Assembly: GCA_947588895.1 (NCBI GenBank)
Contig: CANQBF010000002.1
Location: forward strand, 1-53,782
Reading direction: 5' to 3'
DNA length: 53,782 nucleotides
Source: an uncultured Bacilli bacterium
GTDB taxonomy: Bacteria; Bacillota_I; Bacilli_A; RF39; UBA660
The notes beneath the pieces are model-generated. The model did no database searches, had not been told where the DNA came from, and worked only from the letters and a program-made list of their open reading frames with translations. Below, in pieces: positions 9,403-16,850 of the stretch (position 1 is the first letter of the stretch; each line of letters starts with the position of its first letter). The position numbers and the translations under genes are program-made.

Positions 9403-9956
9403 AAGATATATTAAATAATTATGGTGTTATTGGAGTTATTAGTAATTATCAAAATAATTTAAATAAAGATAAAATGGTTATTGAACTTAATATTAATAAT
9501 TTAAATAATGCTTTAAAAATGGTTGGGCTTAATGATACATTTATTAATAAAAAAGTTAAAGATTTATCACTTAGTGAACAAACAAAATTAGATTTAGCTA
9601 CAAAGTTAACAAATGATATTATTATAATAGGTAATTTAGCTAATACTCTTAATTATAAAGATTTAGATTTTATTAAGAAATTATTATTAAAATTAAATAA
9701 AGAATATAATAAAAAAATTGTTGTTATTGATAATAAAGTAGATGTATTTTTTAATCTAACAAAGAAAATTATTGTTTTACAAAATAAAACTATCTTATAT
9801 GAAACTGAAGATTATTTTGATGATAATTTATATAAGTATGTTAGAATGCCTAAAATAATTGAATTTATAAAATATGTTAATAAAGATAATAAAAAATTAG
9901 ATAATAATATTGATATTTATGAATTAATTAAGGATATTTACCGGAGTGTATCATGA
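9393..9956 (+). CDS. Degenerate EcfA-like ABC ATPase remnant (all catalytic motifs substituted)
   Basis: LSLSEQTKLDLATKL in place of LSGGQ signature, IIIIGNLANTLN in place of Walker B, no GxxGxGK[ST]. Start overlaps the previous stop and the stop overlaps the truA start. Confidence 0.5.
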   Translation: MEIKDILNNYGVIGVISNYQNNLNKDKMVIELNINNLNNALKMVGLNDTFINKKVKDLSLSEQTKLDLATKLTNDIIIIGNLANTLNYKDLDFIKKLLLKLNKEYNKKIVVIDNKVDVFFNLTKKIIVLQNKTILYETEDYFDDNLYKYVRMPKIIEFIKYVNKDNKKLDNNIDIYELIKDIYRSVS

Positions 9957-10660
9957 AAATTATGATGGTAATTGCTTATGATGGCTCAAAATTTAAAGGA
10001 TTTCAAAGACAAAATAATGTTAGAAATGTTCAAGGAGAATTAGAAAAAGCTTTAAGTAAAATTTATAATGAAGATATTGTTATTAAAGGTGCTGGTAGAA
10101 CAGATGCTTTAGTCCATGCTACTCATCAAGTAATTCATTACTGTACTAATAAAAAGATTGATGATTTAAAAAATAAATTAAATAGTTTATTAAAAGATAT
10201 TAAAGTTTTAAAAATAAAAAAGGTAACTGATGATTTTCATGCTAGACATAGTGTTAAATTAAAAACTTATCTATATAAATTAGATATCACTGGTTTAAAA
10301 GATAGTAACTATTATGGTATTTGTAAAAGTAAATTAAATATTAAGAAAATGCAAGAAGCTAGTCAGTTATTTTTAGGATGTCATGATTTTAGAAATTTTG
10401 TTGGTGGCGAAAAAGATAATTATCAAACAACAATTACAAATATCAAAATATATCAATATAATAAAACTATCTATTTTAAATTTACTGGTTATGCTTTTTA
10501 TAGATATATGGTTCGTAATTTAGTCGGCGCTTTAATCCATTTAGGTAAAGGTAAAGTAGATATTAATACGATTAAAAATATGTTAGATATTAATGAATCA
10601 GTAAAAAGATTGCCAACAGCAAGTCCTAGTGGTTTATATTTAATAGACATAAAATATTAA
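9953..10660 (+). CDS. truA: tRNA pseudouridine(38-40) synthase TruA
   Basis: YDGSKFKGFQRQ and GAGRTDALVHA catalytic-Asp motif; 235 aa. Confidence 0.85.
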   Translation: MKIMMVIAYDGSKFKGFQRQNNVRNVQGELEKALSKIYNEDIVIKGAGRTDALVHATHQVIHYCTNKKIDDLKNKLNSLLKDIKVLKIKKVTDDFHARHSVKLKTYLYKLDITGLKDSNYYGICKSKLNIKKMQEASQLFLGCHDFRNFVGGEKDNYQTTITNIKIYQYNKTIYFKFTGYAFYRYMVRNLVGALIHLGKGKVDINTIKNMLDINESVKRLPTASPSGLYLIDIKY

Positions 10661-10688
10661 ACCAAAAGTCAATAAGAAAATAGCAAAT

Positions 10689-10717
10689 TTGACAAAAATA
10701 TACATTAGTGGTATAAT
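10689..10717 (+). promoter_or_regulatory. Sigma-A promoter with extended -10
   Basis: TTGACA (10689-94), 17-nt spacer, TGg-TATAAT (10709-17); GGGGG RBS and TTG start at 10745 downstream. Confidence 0.6.
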
Positions 10718-10744
10718 CTTTTCTAGTTTGAGGGGGTTATAATA

Positions 10745-11530
10745 TTGAGTGATGATATTAAATATCTTGATTATTCAATTATGACATTAAATTTATCAAC
10801 TAGAGCATCAAATATTTTAATGCATAATGGTATTTATACAATTGGAGATTTATTAATTATAAAATATAATGATTTAAAGATAAAACCTAAAATGGGCGAG
10901 AAATCTTTTTATGAAATAGTTAACGCAATTCATAATTTAGGATTAGTTTTATTTGATGAAGATAAAACTAATGTTAGTGATGAACTTATAATAGCAATAA
11001 ATAATTATAAAGAAAATAAAGAATTAATTGCTAAGAATAATGAAAACGAACAAAAAGAAAATATTATTAAATATAATAATTTAATTAATAAATATGATTT
11101 ATATAATTTATCAATTTTAAATTTACATTTACCAGCTGAGATTTATAATACGTTAAAAAATAATAATTTTTTAACACTTGGAAGTATTTTAAAGTATGAA
11201 TCTATACATTTCTTACATGTATTTAAAGATAGTGCTAGTTATGGTGCTTTTAGATATATTATAAAATCTCATGGTTTTGTATTTAACGAGGAAATACATA
11301 CTATAAATGAAAATAATATTAAGTTATTAGAAAATTTTATTGATACATTAATTATAACTAATAATAATGATGATGTTAAAAAAGATATAGTTGATTATTT
11401 AAAACAAATCCAAGAATGTAGAGAATTATTAAGTGTTACATATAGTAAATTACAAGAATTAAATGAAAATGTTATAAAATATATAGAAGAAAATAATGAT
11501 AGAGATGGGGGAATAAAATATGGAAAGTGA
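10745..11530 (+). CDS. Protein with two RNA polymerase alpha-subunit C-terminal-domain (alpha-CTD, HhH) like modules
   Basis: MTLNLSTRASNILMHNGIYTIGDLL..KPKMGEKSFYEIVNAIHNLGL resembles alpha-CTD (LELSVRSYNCLKRAGI.TV.EL...NLGRKSLEE..KL.ELGL). A second, weaker copy is LNLHLPAEIYNTLKNNNFLTLGSIL. Confidence 0.6.
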   Translation: MSDDIKYLDYSIMTLNLSTRASNILMHNGIYTIGDLLIIKYNDLKIKPKMGEKSFYEIVNAIHNLGLVLFDEDKTNVSDELIIAINNYKENKELIAKNNENEQKENIIKYNNLINKYDLYNLSILNLHLPAEIYNTLKNNNFLTLGSILKYESIHFLHVFKDSASYGAFRYIIKSHGFVFNEEIHTINENNIKLLENFIDTLIITNNNDDVKKDIVDYLKQIQECRELLSVTYSKLQELNENVIKYIEENNDRDGGIKYGK

Positions 11531-12071
11531 AATTAATTATTTTGTAGGAGAATTATATATTTTAAAAGATAATATAGTAGATGAAATTGTTAAAGAAAGT
11601 GGATTTGAATGGTTAAAAGACTTAGAAATAGGTTCTGTTGCTGCGAATAGTTTTTGGCGAATTACACCAGTTGATGAAAATAATGTTAAATTACAATTAA
11701 TGTGTCGAAATATTAATCTTGAATATTATATGTCTTTAGAAGAAGCTAAAAAGAGTTTTATTAAATTAACAAACTTTTTAAAAAGTGCTAATTTTATTGG
11801 TCGTTCAATATCATCAATGAAAAGAGTTGAAAATAACTTTAATGTTGAATTATATTCTGATTTAAATATGAAAGATAAAATTATAGCATTATTTGAAAAT
11901 GATAATATAGTATTAGTAAAAAATGGCGAAGAATATCAATTATTAGATGCTAATAGTATTAATGATGGAAATCATAAATTAAGTTCTTATAGTTTTCCAG
12001 AATATAATGATATACCATATATATTACGAGAAATATATTTACAAGAAAATGGAAAAAGTAGAAGAAGATAG
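11520..12071 (+). CDS. Hypothetical protein, translationally coupled to the alpha-CTD-like gene
   Basis: 183-aa ORF overlapping the upstream gene by 11 nt; no motif recognised. Confidence 0.5.
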   Translation: MESEINYFVGELYILKDNIVDEIVKESGFEWLKDLEIGSVAANSFWRITPVDENNVKLQLMCRNINLEYYMSLEEAKKSFIKLTNFLKSANFIGRSISSMKRVENNFNVELYSDLNMKDKIIALFENDNIVLVKNGEEYQLLDANSINDGNHKLSSYSFPEYNDIPYILREIYLQENGKSRRR

Positions 12072-12095
12072 TCGGTTTTATATGAATTTTACTTT

Positions 12096-12132
12096 AAAAA
12101 GTGCGATTTTGATTGACAAGATTGCACTTTTT
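12096..12132 (+). terminator. Intrinsic terminator whose loop carries the rplM -35 box
   Basis: AAAAAGTGCGAT (12096-107) / ATTGCACTTTTT (12121-32), one G.U pair, T-run. Confidence 0.5.
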
Positions 12133-12141
12133 CCATATAAT
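12113..12141 (+). promoter_or_regulatory. rplM-rpsI promoter
   Basis: TTGACA (12113-18), 17 nt, TATAAT (12136-41); ~75-nt leader precedes rplM (possible L13 leader structure, not verified). Confidence 0.6.
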
Positions 12142-12221
12142 TTAATATGGTACATTTTATTTATGAAGTTTATTTAGCCGTGGGAAAGCAAAAATAAATA
12201 ACATAATGGAAGGAATTAATT

Positions 12222-12653
12222 ATGAAAACATTTATGCAAACAAAAGAAACAGTTGAAAGATGTTGGTATGTAATTGATGCTGAAGACCAAATATTAGGCC
12301 GTGTAGCATCTAAAGCCGCACATATATTACGTGGAAAAAATAAACCAACTTATACACCATATGTTGATTGTGGTGATTATGTCATTATCATTAATGCTTC
12401 AAAAGTTAGATTAACTGGTAAGAAATTAACTGATAAGAAATACTATAATCATTCTGGATATCCAGGAGGATTAAGAGAAAGAAATGCTAAAACTATGATT
12501 GAAAGCTATCCTGAAGAAATGCTTGAAAGAGCAATTAAAGGAATGCTTCCACATAATAGTTTAGGAAGAGCTATGGGTAAGAAATTATTTGTTTATAGAG
12601 ATGCAAATCATAAACATGAAGCTCAAAAACCAATAGCAATAGAAATTGATTAG
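12222..12653 (+). CDS. rplM: 50S ribosomal protein L13
   Basis: 143 aa, W(Y/V)VIDA..LGR.AS.AA..LRGK.KP.YTP; followed by rpsI. Confidence 0.95.
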   Translation: MKTFMQTKETVERCWYVIDAEDQILGRVASKAAHILRGKNKPTYTPYVDCGDYVIIINASKVRLTGKKLTDKKYYNHSGYPGGLRERNAKTMIESYPEEMLERAIKGMLPHNSLGRAMGKKLFVYRDANHKHEAQKPIAIEID

Positions 12654-12661
12654 GAGGACAT

Positions 12662-13081
12662 ATGGCAAATAAACAAGTTTGGACTGCAACCGGAAGAAGA
12701 AAACAATCAGTTGCTCGTGTAACTTTAGTTGGTGGTACTGGTAATATTACTGTTAATGGTAAAGATGTAAATGATTACATGCCATTTGCAACATTAGTTA
12801 TGGATTTAAAACAACCATTAGTATTAACTAATAACGAAAATAGATTTGATATAACTGTAAATGTTAATGGTGGTGGATTCAGTGGACAAGCTGGAGCTAT
12901 TAGATTAGCTATTACTAGAGCATTATTAAAATTTGATGCTAATACTGACCAAACTAGAGAAGATAGTTATAGACATATCTTAAAAACTAATGGTTTTGTA
13001 ACTAGAGACCCAAGAGTTAAAGAACGTAAAAAATATGGTTTAAAGAAAGCACGTCGTGCTCCACAATTTAGTAAACGTTAA
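12662..13081 (+). CDS. rpsI: 30S ribosomal protein S9
   Basis: GRRK.S.ARV, GGG..GQAGA.R..I.RAL, C-terminal [12 protein letters not shown]. Confidence 0.95.
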   Translation: MANKQVWTATGRRKQSVARVTLVGGTGNITVNGKDVNDYMPFATLVMDLKQPLVLTNNENRFDITVNVNGGGFSGQAGAIRLAITRALLKFDANTDQTREDSYRHILKTNGFVTRDPRVKERKKYGLKKARRAPQFSKR

Positions 13082-13099
13082 AATCAAATGTTTCTTATA

Positions 13100-13136
13100 C
13101 CTCGTACACATTATGTGTTACGGGGTTTTATTTTGT
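13100..13136 (+). terminator. rpsI intrinsic terminator
   Basis: CCTCGTACACA / TGTGTTACGGGG imperfect stem followed by TTTTATTTTG. Confidence 0.65.
13119..13136 (+). repeat. Direct repeat copy 1 (3' arm plus U-tract of the rpsI terminator)
   Basis: TACGGGGTTTTATTTTGT; 17/18 identical to 13867-13884. Confidence 0.7.
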
Positions 13137-13147
13137 TAATAAAAATA

Positions 13148-13176
13148 ATTGATTTTTTATAAAAAAAATGATATAA
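13148..13176 (+). promoter_or_regulatory. Promoter inside the repeat-flanked module
   Basis: TTGATT (13148-53), 17 nt, TGa-TATAAA (13168-76). Confidence 0.45.
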
Positions 13177-13182
13177 ATATAT

Positions 13183-13415
13183 TGCAGGAGAAAATCCTGA
13201 TGTTAATATACCTAAAATGGTATTAATATTATGATTGATATTAATCATAATATTATATAGAATAATTTAAGGGTGTAAATTTTCTTCTTGCACTAACGCC
13301 TTAATTTTTTAAGGTTAGAGTAGGTTATACCGAAAGAATACATGTAGAGACTGGGAGACTACTAAATTATTCTAAAAAGGCCCGTAGTATTTTATACTAT
13401 GGGCTAATTTATTTT
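13183..13415 (+). ncRNA. Candidate structured RNA / long 5' leader ending in a terminator-like hairpin
   Basis: Small hairpin CAGGA/TCCTG (13184-98). Perfect 13-bp hairpin 13224-36/13243-55. Perfect 12-nt long-range helix TAGAATAATTTA (13258-69)/TAAATTATTCTA (13363-74) enclosing 93 nt. GC-rich hairpin GCCCGTAGTA/TACTATGGGC (13380-13404) plus a U-rich tail, 15 nt before the next RBS. Confidence 0.35.
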
Positions 13416-13430
13416 ACAGGGAGTTTTAAA

Positions 13431-13820
13431 ATGGCAAAAAATAACATTTATAAAGTAGTGGGCACAATATCAAATGAAATAATAAATAAATATAAATTAT
13501 TTGAATATAAACATTTACCTATTATTCAGACTTTATCGTTATATATTCATGTTGCCAAACATGTTAACGAATTTTTAAGCATTGATAGTTATAATAACAC
13601 AATTACTAATATTCCAAAAATAATAGATGATCCTAATTTTGTTTATTACGATCCACACAAATTATCATTACTCTATTTTAAAGAATTGAAAGAAGATGTA
13701 TGTGTTGTTGTTAAATTAAATTTAAGAAAAAATAAGAATCCATATGTTGCTACAGTATATCCGGTAAATAAACGGAAAATTGAAAAACTTAAAGAATTAA
13801 GTTATATTATAAATAGATAA
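13431..13820 (+). CDS. Small PBECR-like (phage Barnase-EndoU-ColicinE5/D-RelE like) putative nuclease
   Basis: 129 aa. The layout ..YIHVAKHVNEF..IPKIIDDPNFVYYD..VCVVVKLNL..NPYVATVYPVNKRKIEKLKE follows the H.xKH / PD-x-V / vvvKL / T.Y.i..k.l.kl pattern of these stand-alone toxin-like domains. GGGAG RBS. Confidence 0.45.
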   Translation: MAKNNIYKVVGTISNEIINKYKLFEYKHLPIIQTLSLYIHVAKHVNEFLSIDSYNNTITNIPKIIDDPNFVYYDPHKLSLLYFKELKEDVCVVVKLNLRKNKNPYVATVYPVNKRKIEKLKELSYIINR

Positions 13821-13866
13821 TAAATTAATAATTTATGTTACTTTATATCTTGTAAACAATTATTAG

Positions 13867-13884
13867 TACGGGGTTTTGTTTTGT
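13867..13884 (+). repeat. Direct repeat copy 2 (no 5' arm, so not a functional hairpin)
   Basis: TACGGGGTTTTGTTTTGT, 748 bp downstream of copy 1; no complementary CCCCGTA upstream. Confidence 0.7.
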
Positions 13885-13951
13885 CAAACTATTTATTGGA
13901 AAATAATATGTAATATGTTAAAATAATATGTATCTTTTATGGGAGGTTTTT

Positions 13952-14488
13952 ATGAATATAGTTTTTTTAGATATTGATGGTGTTGTTAATACGCCACTTT
14001 TAGATACTGAACCATTTGATTTAATAAATGGTAAAACAAAGAAAGATGGTTTTTATTATGGACTTGCTTTTCCAACCGATAAGAAGTTATATAATCGTCA
14101 AGCTATAATGTTATTAAATAAGTTGTGCATTGAATATGATGCCAAAATTGTTATATCATCTACTTGGAAAGTTCTAGGAATAACATATTTGAAAGAATTA
14201 CTAGTTAATTCCGGATTAATTGATTCTATTGAAGTAATAGATACAACACCTCATGTTGAAGATTTTAGATTAACAAGAGGAGAAGAAATTCAAGAATATT
14301 TAGATAATCATCCAGAAGTAGTTAATTATGTTATATTAGATGATGAAGATAGAATGCTTCCATCTCAACAAGAACACTTTGTTAAAATTAATTATTATGT
14401 AGGTATTTCTATACCTGATTATGAACATGCCAAAATGATATTTAATAAAACATTAGACAAAGATTATGAATTAAAAAGAGAAAAATAA
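13952..14488 (+). CDS. Stand-alone HAD phosphatase (HAD_SAK-like, RNA-repair associated type)
   Basis: HAD motif I FLDIDGVVN, motif II ISSTWK, motif IV ILDDEDR; GGGAGG RBS 6 nt before ATG 13952. Confidence 0.5.
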   Translation: MNIVFLDIDGVVNTPLLDTEPFDLINGKTKKDGFYYGLAFPTDKKLYNRQAIMLLNKLCIEYDAKIVISSTWKVLGITYLKELLVNSGLIDSIEVIDTTPHVEDFRLTRGEEIQEYLDNHPEVVNYVILDDEDRMLPSQQEHFVKINYYVGISIPDYEHAKMIFNKTLDKDYELKREK

Positions 14489-14490
14489 GT

Positions 14491-14976
14491 ATGACAAGAG
14501 TTAATCATTCTTTTCCACCATTTTATGATAAAAATAGTGAAATATTAATACTGGGTTCTTTTCCATCAGTTAAATCACGAGAATTAAGTTTTTATTATAT
14601 GCATAATCAAAATAGATTTTGGATAGTATTAGAAAAAGTATATGAAACTAAGATTGGGGATAGTATTTTAGACAAACAAGAATTTTTAAAAAAGAATCAT
14701 ATTGCTTTGTGGGATGTAATTGAATCATGTGAAATAAATAATTCTAGTGATTCATCAATAAAAAATATTAAAGTTAATAATATAAATAAAATAATAAAAG
14801 AAACTAATATTACTAAAATATATACTACTGGTAAAAAAGCTTATGAATTATATAATAAATATATTTTATCAAAAACTAAAATTAATGCTATATATTTATA
14901 TTCACCATCACCTGCTAATTGTGCAATACCATTTGCTAAAATTGTTGAAAACTATAAAGTTATCAACAAAAAATAA
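14491..14976 (+). CDS. DNA-deoxyinosine (hypoxanthine) glycosylase, UDG family 6 like
   Basis: ILILGSFPSVKSRELSFYYMHNQNRFW matches the LILGS.P...S....YY.H..N.FW signature; 2-nt gap to the HAD gene. Confidence 0.6.
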   Translation: MTRVNHSFPPFYDKNSEILILGSFPSVKSRELSFYYMHNQNRFWIVLEKVYETKIGDSILDKQEFLKKNHIALWDVIESCEINNSSDSSIKNIKVNNINKIIKETNITKIYTTGKKAYELYNKYILSKTKINAIYLYSPSPANCAIPFAKIVENYKVINKK

Positions 14977-15033
14977 TAATAATTACTTTTCAAAACGTAT
15001 AATAATTGTTATTATTATACTAGAGGTATAAAT

Positions 15034-15444
15034 ATGAAGAAGCAAATAATTAAAGTAGCTTTAGGTGTAATAGTAGTATTAACAATTCTTTTCTCATCTG
15101 TAACAATTTCTATAGTGCATGCTACTAAAAAAATATATACTAACCCAAATATATTTAGTTATAATTTTGTGTATGCATTAGATAATGTAGAATATAATAT
15201 TAAAATATTATATAATTCAATAACTATAGAGCCAAAGTGTATTGATATTTGTGATGAAGATTTAAATAAAAAAGAATTTAATTATTCAGAAGAAAATTAT
15301 ATTAGATTAAAAAATTTTATTAATAATTTAAATGTTGACATATTAAGTCAAAAAACAATTACTAAAAAAGATTTAAGCGATTATGAAGATAGAGTTATAC
15401 TAGCTATTATTAATGGCGAATATGATTTTGAATTAAATGTCTAA
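15034..15444 (+). CDS. Small membrane-anchored hypothetical protein
   Basis: 136 aa, single N-terminal TM (VALGVIVVLTILFSSVTISIV). Confidence 0.5.
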   Translation: MKKQIIKVALGVIVVLTILFSSVTISIVHATKKIYTNPNIFSYNFVYALDNVEYNIKILYNSITIEPKCIDICDEDLNKKEFNYSEENYIRLKNFINNLNVDILSQKTITKKDLSDYEDRVILAIINGEYDFELNV

Positions 15445-15449
15445 AATTT

Positions 15450-15526
15450 TTAATTGCATCATATATATTGTTAATTGCATCATTTTATGTTATAATGATG
15501 CAAATGAAAGAAGATGATGCAAATGA
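15450..15526 (+). promoter_or_regulatory. Four-copy TTGCATCAT motif array upstream of and overlapping the fic start
   Basis: TTAATTGCATCAT at 15450-62 and 15471-83 (direct); ATGATGCAAATGA at 15495-507 and 15514-26 (inverted); the last copy covers the ATG cluster. Confidence 0.5.
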
Positions 15527-16575
15527 GAACTTTTGATTTAATAAAAGAATCTCAATCTTTAATGAATAATAATATTGTGAATTTGCTATCTAGTATTCAT
15601 GAATATAAAGGAAAACAAGAATTATATATTGAAGCAAAACCTGATATTCTTTCTAATTTATTATCGATTGCTAAAATACAAAGTACAAGTTCTTCAAATA
15701 AAATTGAAGGTATTTATACAACTGATGAAAGAATTAATAAACTTGTTAATAATAAAGTCAAGCCTAAGAATAGAAATGAAGAAGAAATAGCAGGTTATAG
15801 AGATGTGTTAAATACCATTCATGAAAATTATGACTATATTGATATTAGTTCTAATATTATTTTACAATTACATCGCGATTTATATAAGTATTCAGGAAAA
15901 ACTTATGGTGGTAAATTTAAAAATACACAAAATTATATCGAAGAAACTCTTGAAGATGGTACAAAAGTAATTAGATTTATGCCATTATCACCTGTAGAAA
16001 CACCAGTTGCGATTGAAATGTTATGTAATAATTATAACGATATTATAAATAAAGGAGATATAGACCCGTTATTAATAATTCCAATTTTTATTTTTGATTT
16101 TGTATCAATTCATCCATTTAATGATGGCAATGGAAGAATGAGTAGATTACTAACTCTTTTATTACTATATCAAGCTGGATATATTGTAGGTAAATATATT
16201 AGTATTGAAAAAATAATTGAAGAAACAAAAGAAACTTATTATGATTCATTAAAAAATAGCTCAATTAATTGGCATAATAATAAAAATGATTATTCTTATT
16301 TTGTGGAATATTATCTTGGAGTTATTTTAAAAGCATATAAAGAATTTACTTCAAGAGTAGAATATATAACTAATAAAAAAATGACTGCAAAAGAAAGAAT
16401 TTCTACAATCTTTAAAGAAAGTGTTTCACCAATAAGTAAAGCTTATTTAATTGAAAGATGTCCTGATATAAGTGAAACGACAATAGAAAGAGTTTTAAGT
16501 AATTTATTAAAAGAAGATAAGATTGATAAAATATCAGGTGGTAGATTTACGGAATATAAATGGATAGGAAAATGA
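15514..16575 (+). CDS. fic: Class II Fic-family AMPylase-type protein with C-terminal wHTH
   Basis: Active-site HPFNDGNGRMSR (HxFx[DE]GNGRxxR). N-terminal inhibitory motif SNKIEG ([ST]xxxE[GN]). Start could be any of ATG 15514/15517/15523. Confidence 0.85.
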   Translation: MMQMRTFDLIKESQSLMNNNIVNLLSSIHEYKGKQELYIEAKPDILSNLLSIAKIQSTSSSNKIEGIYTTDERINKLVNNKVKPKNRNEEEIAGYRDVLNTIHENYDYIDISSNIILQLHRDLYKYSGKTYGGKFKNTQNYIEETLEDGTKVIRFMPLSPVETPVAIEMLCNNYNDIINKGDIDPLLIIPIFIFDFVSIHPFNDGNGRMSRLLTLLLLYQAGYIVGKYISIEKIIEETKETYYDSLKNSSINWHNNKNDYSYFVEYYLGVILKAYKEFTSRVEYITNKKMTAKERISTIFKESVSPISKAYLIERCPDISETTIERVLSNLLKEDKIDKISGGRFTEYKWIGK

Positions 16576-16578
16576 TTG

Positions 16579-16779
16579 ATGAAAAAAGATATGGATAATT
16601 TAAAATTTATAAATGCATTAAAAAATAATGATAAATACACAATGGAAGTAGAGCAACAACCATCTAAAGATTTTGCTGATGCGCTAAAGGAACTAGATTA
16701 TATGGAAAAACACCCTGAAAAATATAAAATTTATCACGATGCTGACAAAATGTTTAATGATATTTTAAATGAAGAATGA
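16579..16779 (+). CDS. Small acidic hypothetical protein abutting the fic stop
   Basis: 66-67 aa ORF starting 1-4 nt after the fic TGA. Confidence 0.35.
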   Translation: MKKDMDNLKFINALKNNDKYTMEVEQQPSKDFADALKELDYMEKHPEKYKIYHDADKMFNDILNEE

Positions 16780-16826
16780 TACAATAATTTTATATTTAAT
16801 ATGTAAATTAAATTATAAATAATAAA

Positions 16827-16850
16827 AATGTAACTTTAATTGGTTACATT
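16827..16850. terminator. Bidirectional terminator hairpin
   Basis: AATGTAAC (16827-34) / GTTACATT (16843-50) followed by CTTTTT; the 3' arm overlaps the stop of the minus-strand gene. Confidence 0.5.

Noticed and set aside
13183-13380. ToxI-like tandem direct repeats, which would make the PBECR cassette a classical type III toxin-antitoxin system
   Set aside because: I found only short AT-rich near-repeats (TTAATAT variants, GAGACT x2) and inverted repeats, and no tandem array of ~30-40-nt units. The type III idea is kept only as an architectural analogy.
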